Shown: positions 10,150 through 20,942 of the stretch, one piece after another
Layout: every line of letters begins with the position of its first letter
Numbering within the stretch: position 1 is the stretch's first letter
Assembly (NCBI GenBank): GCA_965214835.1
Contig: CBDCCK010000002.1
Location: 864,001 to 928,000 of the forward strand
Direction: 5' to 3'
Source of the DNA: Nitrosopumilaceae archaeon
GTDB lineage: Archaea; Thermoproteota; Nitrososphaeria; Nitrososphaerales; Nitrosopumilaceae
Length of the DNA stretch: 64,000 bases
Position numbers and translations under genes: made by a program
Notes under the pieces: model-generated
What the model saw: only the letters and a program-made list of their open reading frames with translations
Told to the model about the DNA's origin: nothing
Databases searched by the model: none

Positions 10150-11448
10150 ATGAAAATGGCCCTCACAGAACACATCAGGAGGAACTTGTGGCTTCAGGTG
10201 GTAATCTCCCTGCTTGCCGGACTGGGGGTGGGCGCGATCCTGGGAGGCGGCCCGGGTGCCGGGATAAGTGACGACGTCATGGATTACCTGTCGTCGTATC
10301 TGAAGATTCCGGCCAACATATTCTTGAGTGTGATCATGATGATCATCGTCCCGCTGATTTTCACGTCAATCGTGGTGGCCATTACCAACCTGGGTGCAAA
10401 GGAAAGGCTGAAAACCCTCGGGCTGGGAATCGGCGCCTACTTTGTGATAACGACTACAATTGCAATACTGATAGCGGTATCTCTTGCGACGGTAATAGCC
10501 CCCGGAAGCATCCTGGATCTGACGTCACTTCAGGAGACCCATGACCTCTCCGAGGAGGATCTGCGGGTCACCGACGGCTTTTCAATAGACGACATTCCAA
10601 GTGCCGTATCGGGCATAATTCCAAGAAATCCAATATCCTCCTATCTTGAGGGACAGATGTTTAGCATTCTGGTGATGGCAGTCATCGTTGGCCTGTCAAT
10701 GGCGGTTCTTCCCAAGGAGTCGGTGAGGCCGCTGCTGAGTCTGCTCGAATCGATCCAGCGGGTAACACTGCATATCCTGCTGGTTGCAATGAAGATCGTG
10801 CCGTTTGCGGTTTTCGGCCTGATAGTCGGCATGGTTGCAAAGGCGGGGGTGGAGACGATGGGCGGACTGGGGGTATACATGGGTACGGTGGTCGCCGGCC
10901 TTGGAATCATGCTGCTGGTATATGCGGTGATCCTGAAGCTGGTGACAGGAAGGTCGATATCGTCCACATTCTCAAGATTCCGCAATCCTCAGACCCTGGC
11001 CTTTTCAACGGCCAGCTCGATGGCCACGATGCCGGTTACGCTAAAGACTGCAGAGGAGGATCTGGGGATAGATGCGCGGGTGTCAAAGTTTGTAATCCCG
11101 CTTGGAACCACCGTGAACATGGACGGCACCGCGCTGTACCAGGTCATAGCAGTCTTCTTTCTGGCACAGCTGTTTGCAATCGAGCTGAGCATGGTATCCA
11201 TGCTGGTAATCATCATAACCTCGCTACTGGCATCCATCGGGACCCCGGCCGTGCCCGGTGCGGGGGTGATTGTCCTGTCGACCATACTCATAACGGTAGG
11301 AATCCCCCCGGTCGGAATCCTGCTGCTGCTTTCGGTGGACAGAATTTTGGACATGATCAGGACCATGGTCAATGTAACCGGTGATCTTACGGCATCCTGT
11401 GTGTTTGACAGGGTGGCAAGAAGGCAGTTTGCCGGATCTGCACGCTAG
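10150..11448 (+). CDS. Dicarboxylate/amino acid:cation symporter (GltP/GltPh family)
   Basis: AFSTASSMATMP, PLGTTVNMDGT, VDRILDMIRTMVNVTGD. Confidence 0.95.
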   Translation: MKMALTEHIRRNLWLQVVISLLAGLGVGAILGGGPGAGISDDVMDYLSSYLKIPANIFLSVIMMIIVPLIFTSIVVAITNLGAKERLKTLGLGIGAYFVITTTIAILIAVSLATVIAPGSILDLTSLQETHDLSEEDLRVTDGFSIDDIPSAVSGIIPRNPISSYLEGQMFSILVMAVIVGLSMAVLPKESVRPLLSLLESIQRVTLHILLVAMKIVPFAVFGLIVGMVAKAGVETMGGLGVYMGTVVAGLGIMLLVYAVILKLVTGRSISSTFSRFRNPQTLAFSTASSMATMPVTLKTAEEDLGIDARVSKFVIPLGTTVNMDGTALYQVIAVFFLAQLFAIELSMVSMLVIIITSLLASIGTPAVPGAGVIVLSTILITVGIPPVGILLLLSVDRILDMIRTMVNVTGDLTASCVFDRVARRQFAGSAR

Positions 11449-11477
11449 TCAAAATTTAAGAGGGCCACCTCCAACGT

Positions 11478-12368
11478 GTGTTATTGGCAGCATATACCGT
11501 AATCGGCGGAAGCTCGTCGCAGGATCTGGCCAGAAGGATCTCAAGAAGGCTCAAGGCAGAGTACATCAGGGCCGAGCTGCGGGTTTTTCCGGACGGGGAG
11601 CAAAAAACCACCCTGTCTGCAAAGCCAAAAAAGGGTACAGTCGTGGTGGTCCAGTCGGCATCCCCGCCGGTGGACTCGAATCTGATCCATGCGCTGTCAT
11701 TGATTCACAAGGCAAAGGAGCACGGCTCGAGGGTTTTTGCGGTCATCCCGTACATGGGGTATGCAAGGCAGGACAGGGAGTTTCTGCCGGGAGAAATCGT
11801 CACCATGAAGGTCATTGCCGGCTTGCTAAGATCTGCTGGGGCCTCTAGGATTTTTGTTGTGGACATACACAGCAAGACCGCGCTGAGGCAGTTCAAATCC
11901 GTGGGGCGGGACGTCTCGGCGGTTCCCGACCTGGCAAGGCACCTGAAGAGATTAAGGCTCAAGGATCCGCTCGTCGTGTCACCCGATGAGGGGGGGAGGG
12001 AGAGGGCCGGGCAGTTTGCAAAGCAATTCGGCTCCGACTTTATCGTACTGCAAAAGAAGCGGGACAGGAGAACGGGCAGGGTGAGGATCATCTCGCCTGA
12101 CCTAGACGAGGCAGGGAACCGTGACCTGATACTAGTCGATGACATGATAAGTACCGGCGGCAGCATAGTCAGGGCCACGGAGTTTTTGAAAAGGCAAAAG
12201 TGCAGGCGGGTCTTTGTGGCATGTACGCACGCGTTGCTCATAAACGACGCAGAAAAGAAAATCAGGGGGGCAGGCGTGACAAAAATCGTCAGCACAAACA
12301 CAGTGCCGGGCGAGACATCCACGGTAGACGTGTCAGGCTCCGTTGCAAGGGCAATCCAGAATGCCTGA
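11478..12368 (+). CDS. prs: Ribose-phosphate pyrophosphokinase
   Basis: FPDGE, PYMGYARQD, VSPDEGG, VDDMISTGGS. Confidence 0.95.
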   Translation: MLLAAYTVIGGSSSQDLARRISRRLKAEYIRAELRVFPDGEQKTTLSAKPKKGTVVVVQSASPPVDSNLIHALSLIHKAKEHGSRVFAVIPYMGYARQDREFLPGEIVTMKVIAGLLRSAGASRIFVVDIHSKTALRQFKSVGRDVSAVPDLARHLKRLRLKDPLVVSPDEGGRERAGQFAKQFGSDFIVLQKKRDRRTGRVRIISPDLDEAGNRDLILVDDMISTGGSIVRATEFLKRQKCRRVFVACTHALLINDAEKKIRGAGVTKIVSTNTVPGETSTVDVSGSVARAIQNA

Positions 12369-13305
12369 AAACTTTTTTGTGGTGTCCAAGGGAAACCTAG
12401 AGCTTGCAGTAGACGAGATCATCGCAATAGCCAGGTCGTATGATCGATCTGCAAGGATTGAGGTTCACACAAATCTGGTTCTGGTACAGACCAAGACCCC
12501 CTGGCAGAAAATCCACCGGCGGGCATCATACGTTAAAAACGCAGGCCAGGCTGTAAAAAGGCTATCAGACCTGTTCCCGGACGGTGATGCCGGGAAGATC
12601 CTTTGCAAGTCAGGAACCTTTGCCTGCAGGGTTTTGAATCTGTCGGGGGATCGTTTTGATCCCTCAGGCGTGGAGAGGCTCGCGGGGGATGCGATCTCAA
12701 GACACTCCAGTGCTAGGGTCTCGCTAAGGAATCCGGATTTTGTCATATACGTAATAATTGCTGAAGAATGCAGCTTTTTTGGATTTTCAACCGGGGTGCG
12801 CAAACACGGGCGTCCAAGGAGGGCCAGGGCCCATCCCAGTCAGCTGGATTGGAGACTGACCAGGGCGATGATCAACCTCTGCGGCCTGAGGGAGGGGGAG
12901 ACCGTCTGTGACCCGTTTTGCGGCACCGGCACGACCCTCCTGGAGGCAGAGTCAATGGGCGTGCACGGCATCGGGATAGACATCGACGGGAAAATGTCAG
13001 ACATGGCAAGGAAAAACGTCGCATGGAACGGATACGGCTCGGAGATCATAAACGATGACTTTAAGCGCGTTGCAGGAATCCTTGACAGGGTCGACGGGGT
13101 CGTCACCGACATCCCATACGGCCGGAACTCGAAGGTTCCGATAGCGCCGGAGGTTCTGATCACGGACCTGATGAGGATGCTTCCAAAAAAGAGGTTTGCA
13201 ATAATGTGCAAGGCCGAGCTTGCCGAGCAGGTAAGGCTGAAAAATATCAGGAGATACTCAATCTATAGGCATAAAAGCCTGACTAGGACAATACTGGTAA
13301 GATGA
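12361..13305 (+). CDS. tRNA m2G10 methyltransferase (THUMP + MTase, Trm11-like)
   Basis: [22 protein letters not shown]. Confidence 0.8.
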   Translation: MPENFFVVSKGNLELAVDEIIAIARSYDRSARIEVHTNLVLVQTKTPWQKIHRRASYVKNAGQAVKRLSDLFPDGDAGKILCKSGTFACRVLNLSGDRFDPSGVERLAGDAISRHSSARVSLRNPDFVIYVIIAEECSFFGFSTGVRKHGRPRRARAHPSQLDWRLTRAMINLCGLREGETVCDPFCGTGTTLLEAESMGVHGIGIDIDGKMSDMARKNVAWNGYGSEIINDDFKRVAGILDRVDGVVTDIPYGRNSKVPIAPEVLITDLMRMLPKKRFAIMCKAELAEQVRLKNIRRYSIYRHKSLTRTILVR

Positions 13306-14201
13306 AGCTTGTGTTTTTGGGCACGTCTGCCGCACAGCCGACCCCGGACAGGGGCCTGACCTGCGTCTGCCTGGAAAGGGACGGGGAGATCCTCATGTTT
13401 GATGCGGGGGAGGCGGCCCAGATTGCATACATGAGGTCGGGGCTGGGCTGGAACAGAAAGATGAGGATCTTGGTGACGCACATGCACGGGGATCACTGTA
13501 TCGGGATCCTTGGACTGCTGCAGACAATGTCGATGCAGGGAAGGACCGAAAGGCTGGAAATCTTCGGGCCAAGGGGGATTGACGAGTTTGTCTATGCAAA
13601 CATCAAGGTGTTAAACTTTGGACTGACGTTTCCGATCATGATCAGCATCATCGAGGAGGGGATGATCGTAGATGAGGAGGCATATTCCATCCATGCCTGC
13701 AAGGCCAGTCACTCGGTAACTGCATACTCGTACAGGTTTGACGAAAAGGGCAGGCCCGGGAGGTTCTTCCCCGAAAAGGCAAGGGAGCTGGGCATTCCGG
13801 AGGGGGAGCTGTGGGGCAGGCTGCAAAACGGAGGCGAGGTCGAGTTCAACGGCAGGAAGGTCTTGCCGTCACAGGTGCTAGGCGAGAAAAGGCCGGGCAA
13901 AAAGATCGGAATCTCGGGGGATACGCGTCCGACGGACGAGCTGAGGCGGTTCTTTGAGGGCTGTGACTATCTGACGTTTGATACGACGTTTTTGGAAGAG
14001 CTGAGAGACAAGGCGCTAGAGACGGGGCATTCCACGGCGGCCGAGTCCGGCAAGTTTGCCCGTGATGCAAACGTTGGAACCCTGATCATGACGCACTTTT
14101 CTGCAAGATACTCAGATGCCGAACCGCTGGTATCGGAGGGCAGGCGGTTTCATGACTCGGTAATTGCAGCCGAGGATCTTCTGGAAGTCGAGGTAGGGTG
14201 A
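13302..14201 (+). CDS. rnz: Ribonuclease Z
   Basis: [33 protein letters not shown]. Confidence 0.95.
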   Translation: MKLVFLGTSAAQPTPDRGLTCVCLERDGEILMFDAGEAAQIAYMRSGLGWNRKMRILVTHMHGDHCIGILGLLQTMSMQGRTERLEIFGPRGIDEFVYANIKVLNFGLTFPIMISIIEEGMIVDEEAYSIHACKASHSVTAYSYRFDEKGRPGRFFPEKARELGIPEGELWGRLQNGGEVEFNGRKVLPSQVLGEKRPGKKIGISGDTRPTDELRRFFEGCDYLTFDTTFLEELRDKALETGHSTAAESGKFARDANVGTLIMTHFSARYSDAEPLVSEGRRFHDSVIAAEDLLEVEVG

Positions 14202-14923
14202 TGTACCTCGATGCGGTAAAACCGCGCCTGAGAGAGGCCAAAAGGGTCGTCTTTGTGACCGGTGCAGGCATATCCCAGGAAAGCGGCATTCCCACATTCA
14301 GGGGAAAGGACGGCCACTGGAGAAATCATGATCCCATGAGGCTGGCCACCATCGACGCGTTTTATGATGATCCAGAGCTTGTCTGGGAGTGGTATGATGA
14401 GAGGAGGCGGAACATTCTTGCGGCCCAGCCAAACGCGGGCCACAGGGCAATCTCGGAGCTGGAAAAGTTTACCGAGGTGGTCGTGCTGACGCAAAACATC
14501 GACGGACTGCACAAGAGGGCCAAAAGCTCGAACGTCCTGGAGCTGCACGGCAGCATAGTCAGGATAAAATGCACGGTCTGTGACTATCACGACGAGGTTC
14601 GGACCGGGTTTGAATCCCTTCCCCCCATGTGCGGGTGCGGAAACATGCTGCGCCCCGACGTGGTATGGTTCGGGGAACCCCTTCCCCAGGGGGTCTGGAG
14701 GGAGGCCATGAACCACGCAAGCAATGCAGAGGTAATGATAATTGCCGGAACATCGCTTGTCGTATCGCCGGCAAATGCGCTGCCGATGTATGCCAGGCAG
14801 AACAATGCCCTGCTAATAGAGATCAATCCCGAAAGGACCGCAATGTCAGACGGGATGGACGTCTCCATACGGGAGACGGCATCCGCTGCGCTGCCCGAGG
14901 TACTGGAAGTCTTCAGGGACTAG
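14198..14923 (+). CDS. cobB: NAD-dependent protein deacylase (Sir2/CobB)
   Basis: [38 protein letters not shown]. Confidence 0.95.
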   Translation: MMYLDAVKPRLREAKRVVFVTGAGISQESGIPTFRGKDGHWRNHDPMRLATIDAFYDDPELVWEWYDERRRNILAAQPNAGHRAISELEKFTEVVVLTQNIDGLHKRAKSSNVLELHGSIVRIKCTVCDYHDEVRTGFESLPPMCGCGNMLRPDVVWFGEPLPQGVWREAMNHASNAEVMIIAGTSLVVSPANALPMYARQNNALLIEINPERTAMSDGMDVSIRETASAALPEVLEVFRD

Positions 14924-14949
14924 GGCTGCGGTTGTGAGCCTGCAAGGAT

Positions 14950-15228
14950 TTACGGCGCCCCAATCTCCGAGAGTCCCCCTTTGATGTTCTCAGTCACAAA
15001 GGCAGTCGAGTCTTCCGCAAGCTCGCCCAGCTTTGTATTGACGCTGCCGATTCCACCGTCAATCTTTTCGTCAAAGCCTTCCAATACAGAGTCCCTGATT
15101 CCGTCAAGATCCTCCCCGACGGAGGACAGCGAGCCTACGGAGTTTGGAAACGTCTCGGCCAGCTCGCTTGAAAAGAGGACTCCCCCCGCCAGCAGGACTG
15201 CGCCTATTATTGCCAGCTTTATTATCAT
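14950..15228 (-). CDS. Small exported/membrane hypothetical protein
   Basis: N-terminal hydrophobic segment, acidic amphipathic remainder. Confidence 0.6.
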   Translation of the reverse strand: MIIKLAIIGAVLLAGGVLFSSELAETFPNSVGSLSSVGEDLDGIRDSVLEGFDEKIDGGIGSVNTKLGELAEDSTAFVTENIKGGLSEIGAP

Positions 15229-15313
15229 GAAAGAAACTCGAGGAGCCGTCTTTTTATCAGGCTGCTGAAAAAATTGATCTGAATGGGTTGATTTTTTTCA
15301 CATGTGCGGGGGA

Positions 15314-15709
15314 TTACGCCTGAACGAGCCACGCAGATACGGAGGCTATCTGCCTTGATATGACAGATACCTTGATCGGCCCCATGGGGGACTCGTCATC
15401 ATGCTCGCACAGGGCCGCAACGCCTGCAAAGGCCGCCTGCCTGTTGAGATAAAACCAGAAGGAGTCGTCGTGCGTGTTGAGTCGAATCTGCCTTCCAAGC
15501 GACCTTTGGGACTGCCTGTTGTGAATCTCCTCGCACAGACGGGCCAGACACCCCAGATCGGTTGAGGTGCTCTGCATTCTGTGGTTTTTTTCCCCGAAAT
15601 CCATCTCAGGGAAGATGTTGGCAAGGGCGTGGCGGACCTTTTGAGAGTCCTCAGACGGGCTCACCGAGCAGTCGACATGTACTCTACAGGAGACCTTTGG
15701 AGCCTCCAT
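15314..15709 (-). CDS. Archaeal RNA-binding domain protein (DUF54/UPF0201-like)
   Basis: PSEDSQKV and LNRQAAFAG motifs; coupled to the CoA kinase gene. Confidence 0.75.
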   Translation of the reverse strand: MEAPKVSCRVHVDCSVSPSEDSQKVRHALANIFPEMDFGEKNHRMQSTSTDLGCLARLCEEIHNRQSQRSLGRQIRLNTHDDSFWFYLNRQAAFAGVAALCEHDDESPMGPIKVSVISRQIASVSAWLVQA

Positions 15710-16254
15710 TACAGCCAGTCCTGGATGATTTGGTTGGCCCTTGCAATCAGCTCCTCCTTGCTGAGGTTGTTGTTGGAGATGGACTCGTCGGCCAGTGCAA
15801 TCGAGGTGGATATTCCAACCTTGATCTCGCGGTTATCGCGTTCTTCAAAATTATCCTTGTCCTGCGGATCATCAAAGCGCCCCCGCTTTGAAAGAAAGTC
15901 AAACCTCGTGTCAGTTGAGGCATGAATTGAAAGCAGCCTTACCTGGCAGAGCTTCCTTAACACCTCGATTTCCGCATTGGAGCGTATTCCGTCAATCAGT
16001 ATTACGCCAGAGTCCGATCTTAGAATTTCCGGCCTGATGAGCTCTGCAACTGCTCCCTGGCCGTTTTTTTCACGCAGCTCCAGCATCAGTCTTCCTAGGT
16101 TCTTACCGGTAGGCTCGAGGTTTCTGCTTGCGGCCTCGGATCGTACCGCATCGCCCATGTTGATCGTATGATATCCCTTTGACCTGAGGCCGTCAGCTAT
16201 TGTTGATTTTCCGGCGCCGGGCATGCCGGTAAGGCACACAATCAGTTTTGCCAT
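15709..16254 (-). CDS. P-loop kinase, dephospho-CoA kinase/UPF0200-like
   Basis: LTGMPGAGKST, MGDAVR, IDGIRS, RGRFDD. Confidence 0.85.
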   Translation of the reverse strand: MAKLIVCLTGMPGAGKSTIADGLRSKGYHTINMGDAVRSEAASRNLEPTGKNLGRLMLELREKNGQGAVAELIRPEILRSDSGVILIDGIRSNAEIEVLRKLCQVRLLSIHASTDTRFDFLSKRGRFDDPQDKDNFEERDNREIKVGISTSIALADESISNNNLSKEELIARANQIIQDWL

Positions 16255-16327
16255 TGGCAAAAAGCGCCGTTTCTGCTCTATGAAGCTTGCCGGAAATCAT
16301 TATAAAGACGCCGGCAAAGGCGTGGTA

Positions 16328-16867
16328 ATGCGAGTTTTTGTGGCCGTGGAGATCCAAGACGGGGACGTTTTGGGGTCGATCCGGGACGTTCAAAACGAGC
16401 TGGGCATAAGGGCAAGGCCCGTTGCAACACAAAACATGCATTTTACCCTGCAGTTTTTGGGGGAGGTATCCGAGGACAGGATTCCCGGCATAACCTCTGC
16501 GCTGAGGACTGTCAGGTTTTCCCCCTTTGGACTGGAAATTCGGTGCATCGGCGCGTTTCCCAGGCCAGAGATGCCAAGAATAGTCTGGATCGGCACCGAC
16601 AGGGAGGGAGGAGAAAACATGGCAAGGCTGGCCCGCAGTGTGGAAAACGTGCTAAAACCGCTTGGCTTTTCACGGGACAGGGCATTCAGGCCACATCTGA
16701 CCATCTTTAGGATTAAAAGCAGGATCGGAGACATTACAAAGGACTTGGACAGGTTCGAGGGGACAAAATTTGGGAGGGTCGTGATCTCTGAAATAAGGCT
16801 AAAGCAGAGCAGGCTGGCCCCGTCCGGCCCGACGTATTCCGACTTGGAGGTAGTCAGGGCTGAGTGA
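16328..16867 (+). CDS. thpR: RNA 2',3'-cyclic phosphodiesterase (2H family)
   Basis: MRVFVAV start; HFTLQFLG and PHLTIFR (two HxT motifs). Confidence 0.92.
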   Translation: MRVFVAVEIQDGDVLGSIRDVQNELGIRARPVATQNMHFTLQFLGEVSEDRIPGITSALRTVRFSPFGLEIRCIGAFPRPEMPRIVWIGTDREGGENMARLARSVENVLKPLGFSRDRAFRPHLTIFRIKSRIGDITKDLDRFEGTKFGRVVISEIRLKQSRLAPSGPTYSDLEVVRAE

Positions 16868-18197
16868 CATCGAGCGGAGGATCACAAGGCAGGTGATTCC
16901 ATCAAAAAAAATCCAGAGGGAAAAAAGGGAGATTGCAGACTCGGTAATCGGGCTGATCGAGGGGGAGATTGCCACGCTATCTGAAATCGTAGATGTCGAG
17001 ATCGGCGGCTCGTATGCAAAGGGTACGTGGCTTGCAGAAGATGCGGACATTGATGTGTTTGTCAGGTTCAGGGAGGATATCCCGGATGAGAGGTTCCGCG
17101 AGTTGGGTGAGGGGATAGGACTTTCCGCACTGGAAAAGTTCAAGCCATGCATAAGGTATTCCGAGCACCCATATGTCGAGGCCACGATCAGGGGCACGAA
17201 GGTAAACGTCGTTCCATGCTACAAGGTAATGCGGGGGGAATGGAAGAGCTCCGCGGACCGCTCCCAGTTCCACACGAAATTCATGCGTGCGGAACTAGAC
17301 GAGCGCGGGCAGAACCAGGTAAGGATCCTAAAAAAATTCCTCAAATCCAACGGTCTCTACGGTGCGGAGATCTCCAAGCAGGGCTTTAGCGGATACGTCT
17401 CGGAGGTTCTGGTTTGGAACCTTGGAGACTTTAGGGGGGTTCTTGAAAGGTTTGCGCGAATCGGCGAGTCAGACGTCATAGGGGAGACGGATAGAAAGTT
17501 CCACACGCCAGTCACCATAGTTGATCCCGTCGACAGGAACAGGAACCTTGCAGCTGCAATCTCCAATGAAAACATCTCAAGGCTGATCCTGGCTGCAAGG
17601 GCATACCTGAAAAGACCCGCCGCGGACTTTTTCAAGCCAAGAAAGGCAGCGGATGCAAGACGGGCCCTAGAGCATGTCATTACGGTGGATTTTGAGTATT
17701 CCAAAAGGAGTCCGGACATAATGTGGGGCCAGATCAAAAGGGCATCCTCGTCCATATCTAGGCAGCTGGGCATGGGGGGGTTCAGGGTTGTTCGAAATAC
17801 GGCATTTTCAGACGAAAACGGCAGGTCTACGCTTGTCTTCATGATAGAGTCGGTGAACATCCCCAAAAGGGAGGTAAGGCGGGGGCCCGACATCTTCAAT
17901 GAGGGGGACTCGGCAAGCTTTGTGGCAAAAAACCTGAAAAAATCCCAGATGATGTGGGTAGGCAGGGACAACCGCATACTGTCATTGGAGGAGAGGGAGT
18001 TTGATGATGCCGGAAGGTTCCTTGAGAACCTGCTTACGGCCGGGATAGGCCGCTCCGGCCTGCCCAAGGGCCTCAGGGCAGACTTTGAGAAGGGGTTTAG
18101 GATCTCGGTGGCGGGGAGGGGACTGCGAAAGTCAATTAAAGAAGACCTTTTGGAGTTTGTTACAACCGATGAGAGGATCTTTTCTTCCAACCAGTAG
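16860..18197 (+). CDS. cca: Class I CCA tRNA nucleotidyltransferase (start uncertain: CTG 16860 or GTG 16893)
   Basis: GGSYAKGTWL..DADIDVF, YSEHPY, SSADRS..H, GFSGYVSE, DPVDRNRNLAAA. Confidence 0.95.
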   Translation: MSDIERRITRQVIPSKKIQREKREIADSVIGLIEGEIATLSEIVDVEIGGSYAKGTWLAEDADIDVFVRFREDIPDERFRELGEGIGLSALEKFKPCIRYSEHPYVEATIRGTKVNVVPCYKVMRGEWKSSADRSQFHTKFMRAELDERGQNQVRILKKFLKSNGLYGAEISKQGFSGYVSEVLVWNLGDFRGVLERFARIGESDVIGETDRKFHTPVTIVDPVDRNRNLAAAISNENISRLILAARAYLKRPAADFFKPRKAADARRALEHVITVDFEYSKRSPDIMWGQIKRASSSISRQLGMGGFRVVRNTAFSDENGRSTLVFMIESVNIPKREVRRGPDIFNEGDSASFVAKNLKKSQMMWVGRDNRILSLEEREFDDAGRFLENLLTAGIGRSGLPKGLRADFEKGFRISVAGRGLRKSIKEDLLEFVTTDERIFSSNQ

Positions 18198-18927
18198 GCT
18201 GCTTGACCAGCCATACTCGGGGATACTGGGGTTTCCAAGGGCTACAAAACGACAGCTCCGGTCACGGGCGGGGGAGCTCGAGTCCCTGGGGGTTACGGGG
18301 GTTTCATTCCGGGGCCCGGTCAGGATAGGAACCCTGGGGATCCTGGGCAAGGGATATGTGGGAGTCGTGGTCCTGGGCAGAATGGGAAACAAGACCGTGG
18401 CAGTAAAGATCCGGCGCACGGATTCCCAGAGACGGACGCTGGCAGGGGAGGCAAGACTGTTGAGAAGGGTCAACGAGGTCAAGGTCGGGCCCAGATTCAT
18501 TGCAGGTAGCAGGAACTTTCTGGTCATGGAATACTTGGACGGTCAGAAGATATCGGACTGGATTGCAGGTGTCAGGGGCAGGGGAGCTGCAGGGGAGGCA
18601 AGGGCCGTAATAGCAAAGGTTCTTCAGGATTGCTTCAGGTTGGATGTTTCAGGGATCGATCACGGGGAGTTAAGCGTGATTTCAAAGCACGTCATTGTTG
18701 GGAAAAAGACGACCGTGATAGACTTTGAAGGCTCCAGTACCAAGAGGCGGGTCTCAAACGTTACCTCGGCGACGCAGGGAATCTACATAGGCTCGGGAAT
18801 CGCAAAAAAGGTCTCCAGAATCTACAGGGTTCCGCCCAGGCAGGAAATCATCAGTGCGTTAAGGGACTACAAACGGAATATTTCAAGGGAAAACTATGAG
18901 GGTCTGCTAAGGGTCTTGAAGTTATGA
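18169..18927 (+). CDS. RIO/Bud32-like atypical Ser/Thr kinase
   Basis: LGKGYVGVV, VAVKIRR, MEYLDG, IDHGELS, IDFE. Confidence 0.85.
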   Translation: MRGSFLPTSRLLDQPYSGILGFPRATKRQLRSRAGELESLGVTGVSFRGPVRIGTLGILGKGYVGVVVLGRMGNKTVAVKIRRTDSQRRTLAGEARLLRRVNEVKVGPRFIAGSRNFLVMEYLDGQKISDWIAGVRGRGAAGEARAVIAKVLQDCFRLDVSGIDHGELSVISKHVIVGKKTTVIDFEGSSTKRRVSNVTSATQGIYIGSGIAKKVSRIYRVPPRQEIISALRDYKRNISRENYEGLLRVLKL

Positions 18928-18931
18928 TGTA

Positions 18932-19005
18932 TGGGATCGGCAGGATTCGAACCTGCGACCACTTGTCCCCCAGACAAGTATCATACCAAGCTAGACGACG
19001 ATCCC
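18932..19005 (-). tRNA. tRNA-Pro(GGG)
   Basis: Reverse complement folds as a cloverleaf: GGGATCG/CGATCCC acceptor, CTTGT-CTGGGGG-ACAAG anticodon arm, TTCGAAT T-loop; CCA not encoded. Confidence 0.95.
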
Positions 19006-19060
19006 GTGTAATTCATGGACAGGATGAAATTATTAAATCGTGGGATGTCCCCGTAATATC

Positions 19061-19267
19061 ATGAGGATTTGCTCCATATGCGGCAGGATTTCAGGCAGCG
19101 GGCAGGATCACCTGGACTGCACCGAAAGGCGCCGCGTCGAGCTGGAGGACGAGGACTTTAAGGGTAAAATTCCGGATAAGCTGGACGTCTCGGGGGGCTC
19201 GGAGCTGGCCAAGGAGGTCAGGGCAATCATGGAGCACATGGCCAAGGACAGGGAAAGGCAGTCCTAG
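19061..19267 (+). CDS. Small hypothetical protein with CxxC...HxxC Zn-binding motif
   Basis: MRICSICG...HLDC; AT-rich promoter-like sequence upstream. Confidence 0.6.
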   Translation: MRICSICGRISGSGQDHLDCTERRRVELEDEDFKGKIPDKLDVSGGSELAKEVRAIMEHMAKDRERQS

Positions 19268-19439
19268 CGTGTTTTTTAGGCCGGGCCCAGAATCAGTGGC
19301 TCCCGTCATGGCCTGAAAATGTAGCAAAATGGCATATAATCATCCAGGGAGGGCCCAGGGCCCGGCCGAGCAACACAACCCGAAAATGACAAAACGTGTC
19401 AGTGTCCGTTGAGCCTCAGGGGATGGACGTGTTGGATAG

Positions 19440-19521
19440 CCCTGGCCTAGGCAACAATCAGGCACGAATCTGCCTGCAGTTGTGATTTTCATGCCTGACC
19501 TGTAAGGGACGTGGCTCCAAC
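19440..19521. repeat. Degenerate MITE family A copy
   Basis: CAGGCACGAA...TTCATGCCTG hairpin and GGGACGTGGCTCC end match 2015-2107. Confidence 0.65.
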
Positions 19522-19615
19522 TCTAAGCAGGGGTTATTCCGTTACGATGGATGTACTGGATTCTGGCACATAAGGCCAAGATGCCCAAGTCCGCCCTGCT
19601 GCGCTCGGTTCTGGC

Positions 19616-20101
19616 AGGTTCTGGATTGCCCAGATGGTGTCAGAACACAGGGGAAACGATGACGTCTCACCAATGTTCAAAGAGGCAAAAAAGAGGGCAG
19701 GCAAAGTCCCCTTAACGCTAATTTCCGACGGGGCAGCAAACTTTCACCATGCCTAGAGGGAGCAATACCGCTCAAAAAACTTCCTGCACAAGGATATGGA
19801 ACACCACAGGCACATCCACATGACGGGCGACATGAACAACAACCAGATGGAATCCTTCAACGGCGACACGCTGAGGGCGAGGGAGAAGGTGATCCGTGGG
19901 ATCAAGAGGGATGACTCTGCAATACTCAAGGGGATGCAGATCCATCACAACTACATCCGCCCGCACTAGGGACTTGACGGCGACACACCGGCAGCAAGGG
20001 CCGGAATCAGAATAACCGGTGATAACAAATGGAAGACGGTAATACAGAATGCCGCTAAATCCGATCTACCGACATGTCCCACGAAGAATCATCTGCCGTA
20101 A
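19616..20101 (+). pseudogene. DDE transposase/integrase remnant (IS6-like)
   Basis: RFWIAQMV...LISDGA...NNNQMESFNG...HHNYIRPH; in-frame TAG at 19754 and 19967; 5' part missing. Confidence 0.75.
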
Positions 20102-20296
20102 ACGTCCCAGTTCCTCTGGACCGATTACGCATAAAGTCTAGTGTGTACAGTTGAAAACTGATTATTTTTTTAACGAAATAGACACGATGTGCCAAAATTA
20201 TGATCCATTTTTGGTGTGAGTACTGTGAACCCAAGTAAATTCAATCAAAGCATTCCTTTTACTTGATACACTACATCGTATATTTCTGAGAATTAA

Positions 20297-20581
20297 TTAC
20301 AACACACCGATATCATTGCAGTCCATAAAGTACAATTTTTTGTCATCGCAATCAGGCCTGATTAAAATTTCTACTCTGCTACCCAGTATAAACAACATGT
20401 GGTTTTTGCTTTTTTCAACATGGTTGCATGGCACATAATCTTCATGTTTTGATATCTCGTCATATGTCACAATTTCTTGTTTGAAATGCTCTATAAGATC
20501 TATTGAAGGTTCTGAGAGATAACGGATTTTTTTATAATACTCAGAGTTGGAGGTAGTCTTACAATTCCAAAAAATCTCCAT
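20297..20581 (-). CDS. AT-rich hypothetical ORF, probably a fragment of a disrupted gene
   Basis: ORF in low-GC island sequence; upstream part frameshifted and hit by MITEs. Confidence 0.35.
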   Translation of the reverse strand: MEIFWNCKTTSNSEYYKKIRYLSEPSIDLIEHFKQEIVTYDEISKHEDYVPCNHVEKSKNHMLFILGSRVEILIRPDCDDKKLYFMDCNDIGVL

Positions 20582-20753
20582 GAAACAAATGAAAAAGTAT
20601 CAAACTAAATATCTATCTCTTCGCCCTGAGTATTATCTCGGAACATTTTGTCAGACTTTTCTGCCATACGATAGTGGCGCTCTTCCCATTTATGCTCTGT
20701 TTGTTTCATATTATAATAATACAATACAATGTTTATATATGTATCAGCTAGGT

Positions 20754-20936
20754 CAGCTAAGTGAAAAGTACCCCGGATGAAATCAACAGGAAGCTGAAAC
20801 AGCGCTATAAAATCCTGGCATGTCCTGTACCCCAGCGTGGTGATGCCTGCAGCATGTATGGAGGGCATGACGGCTTATCTCAGGGAGTCCAAACCCCCTC
20901 CATGACGTCAGATCCGGGGTACTTTTCACTTAGCTG
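20754..20936. mobile_element. 183-bp MITE (family B)
   Basis: TIR CAGCTAAGTGAAAAGTACCCCGGAT / ATCCGGGGTACTTTTCACTTAGCTG; TAGGT on both sides. Confidence 0.85.
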
Positions 20937-20942
20937 TAGGTC

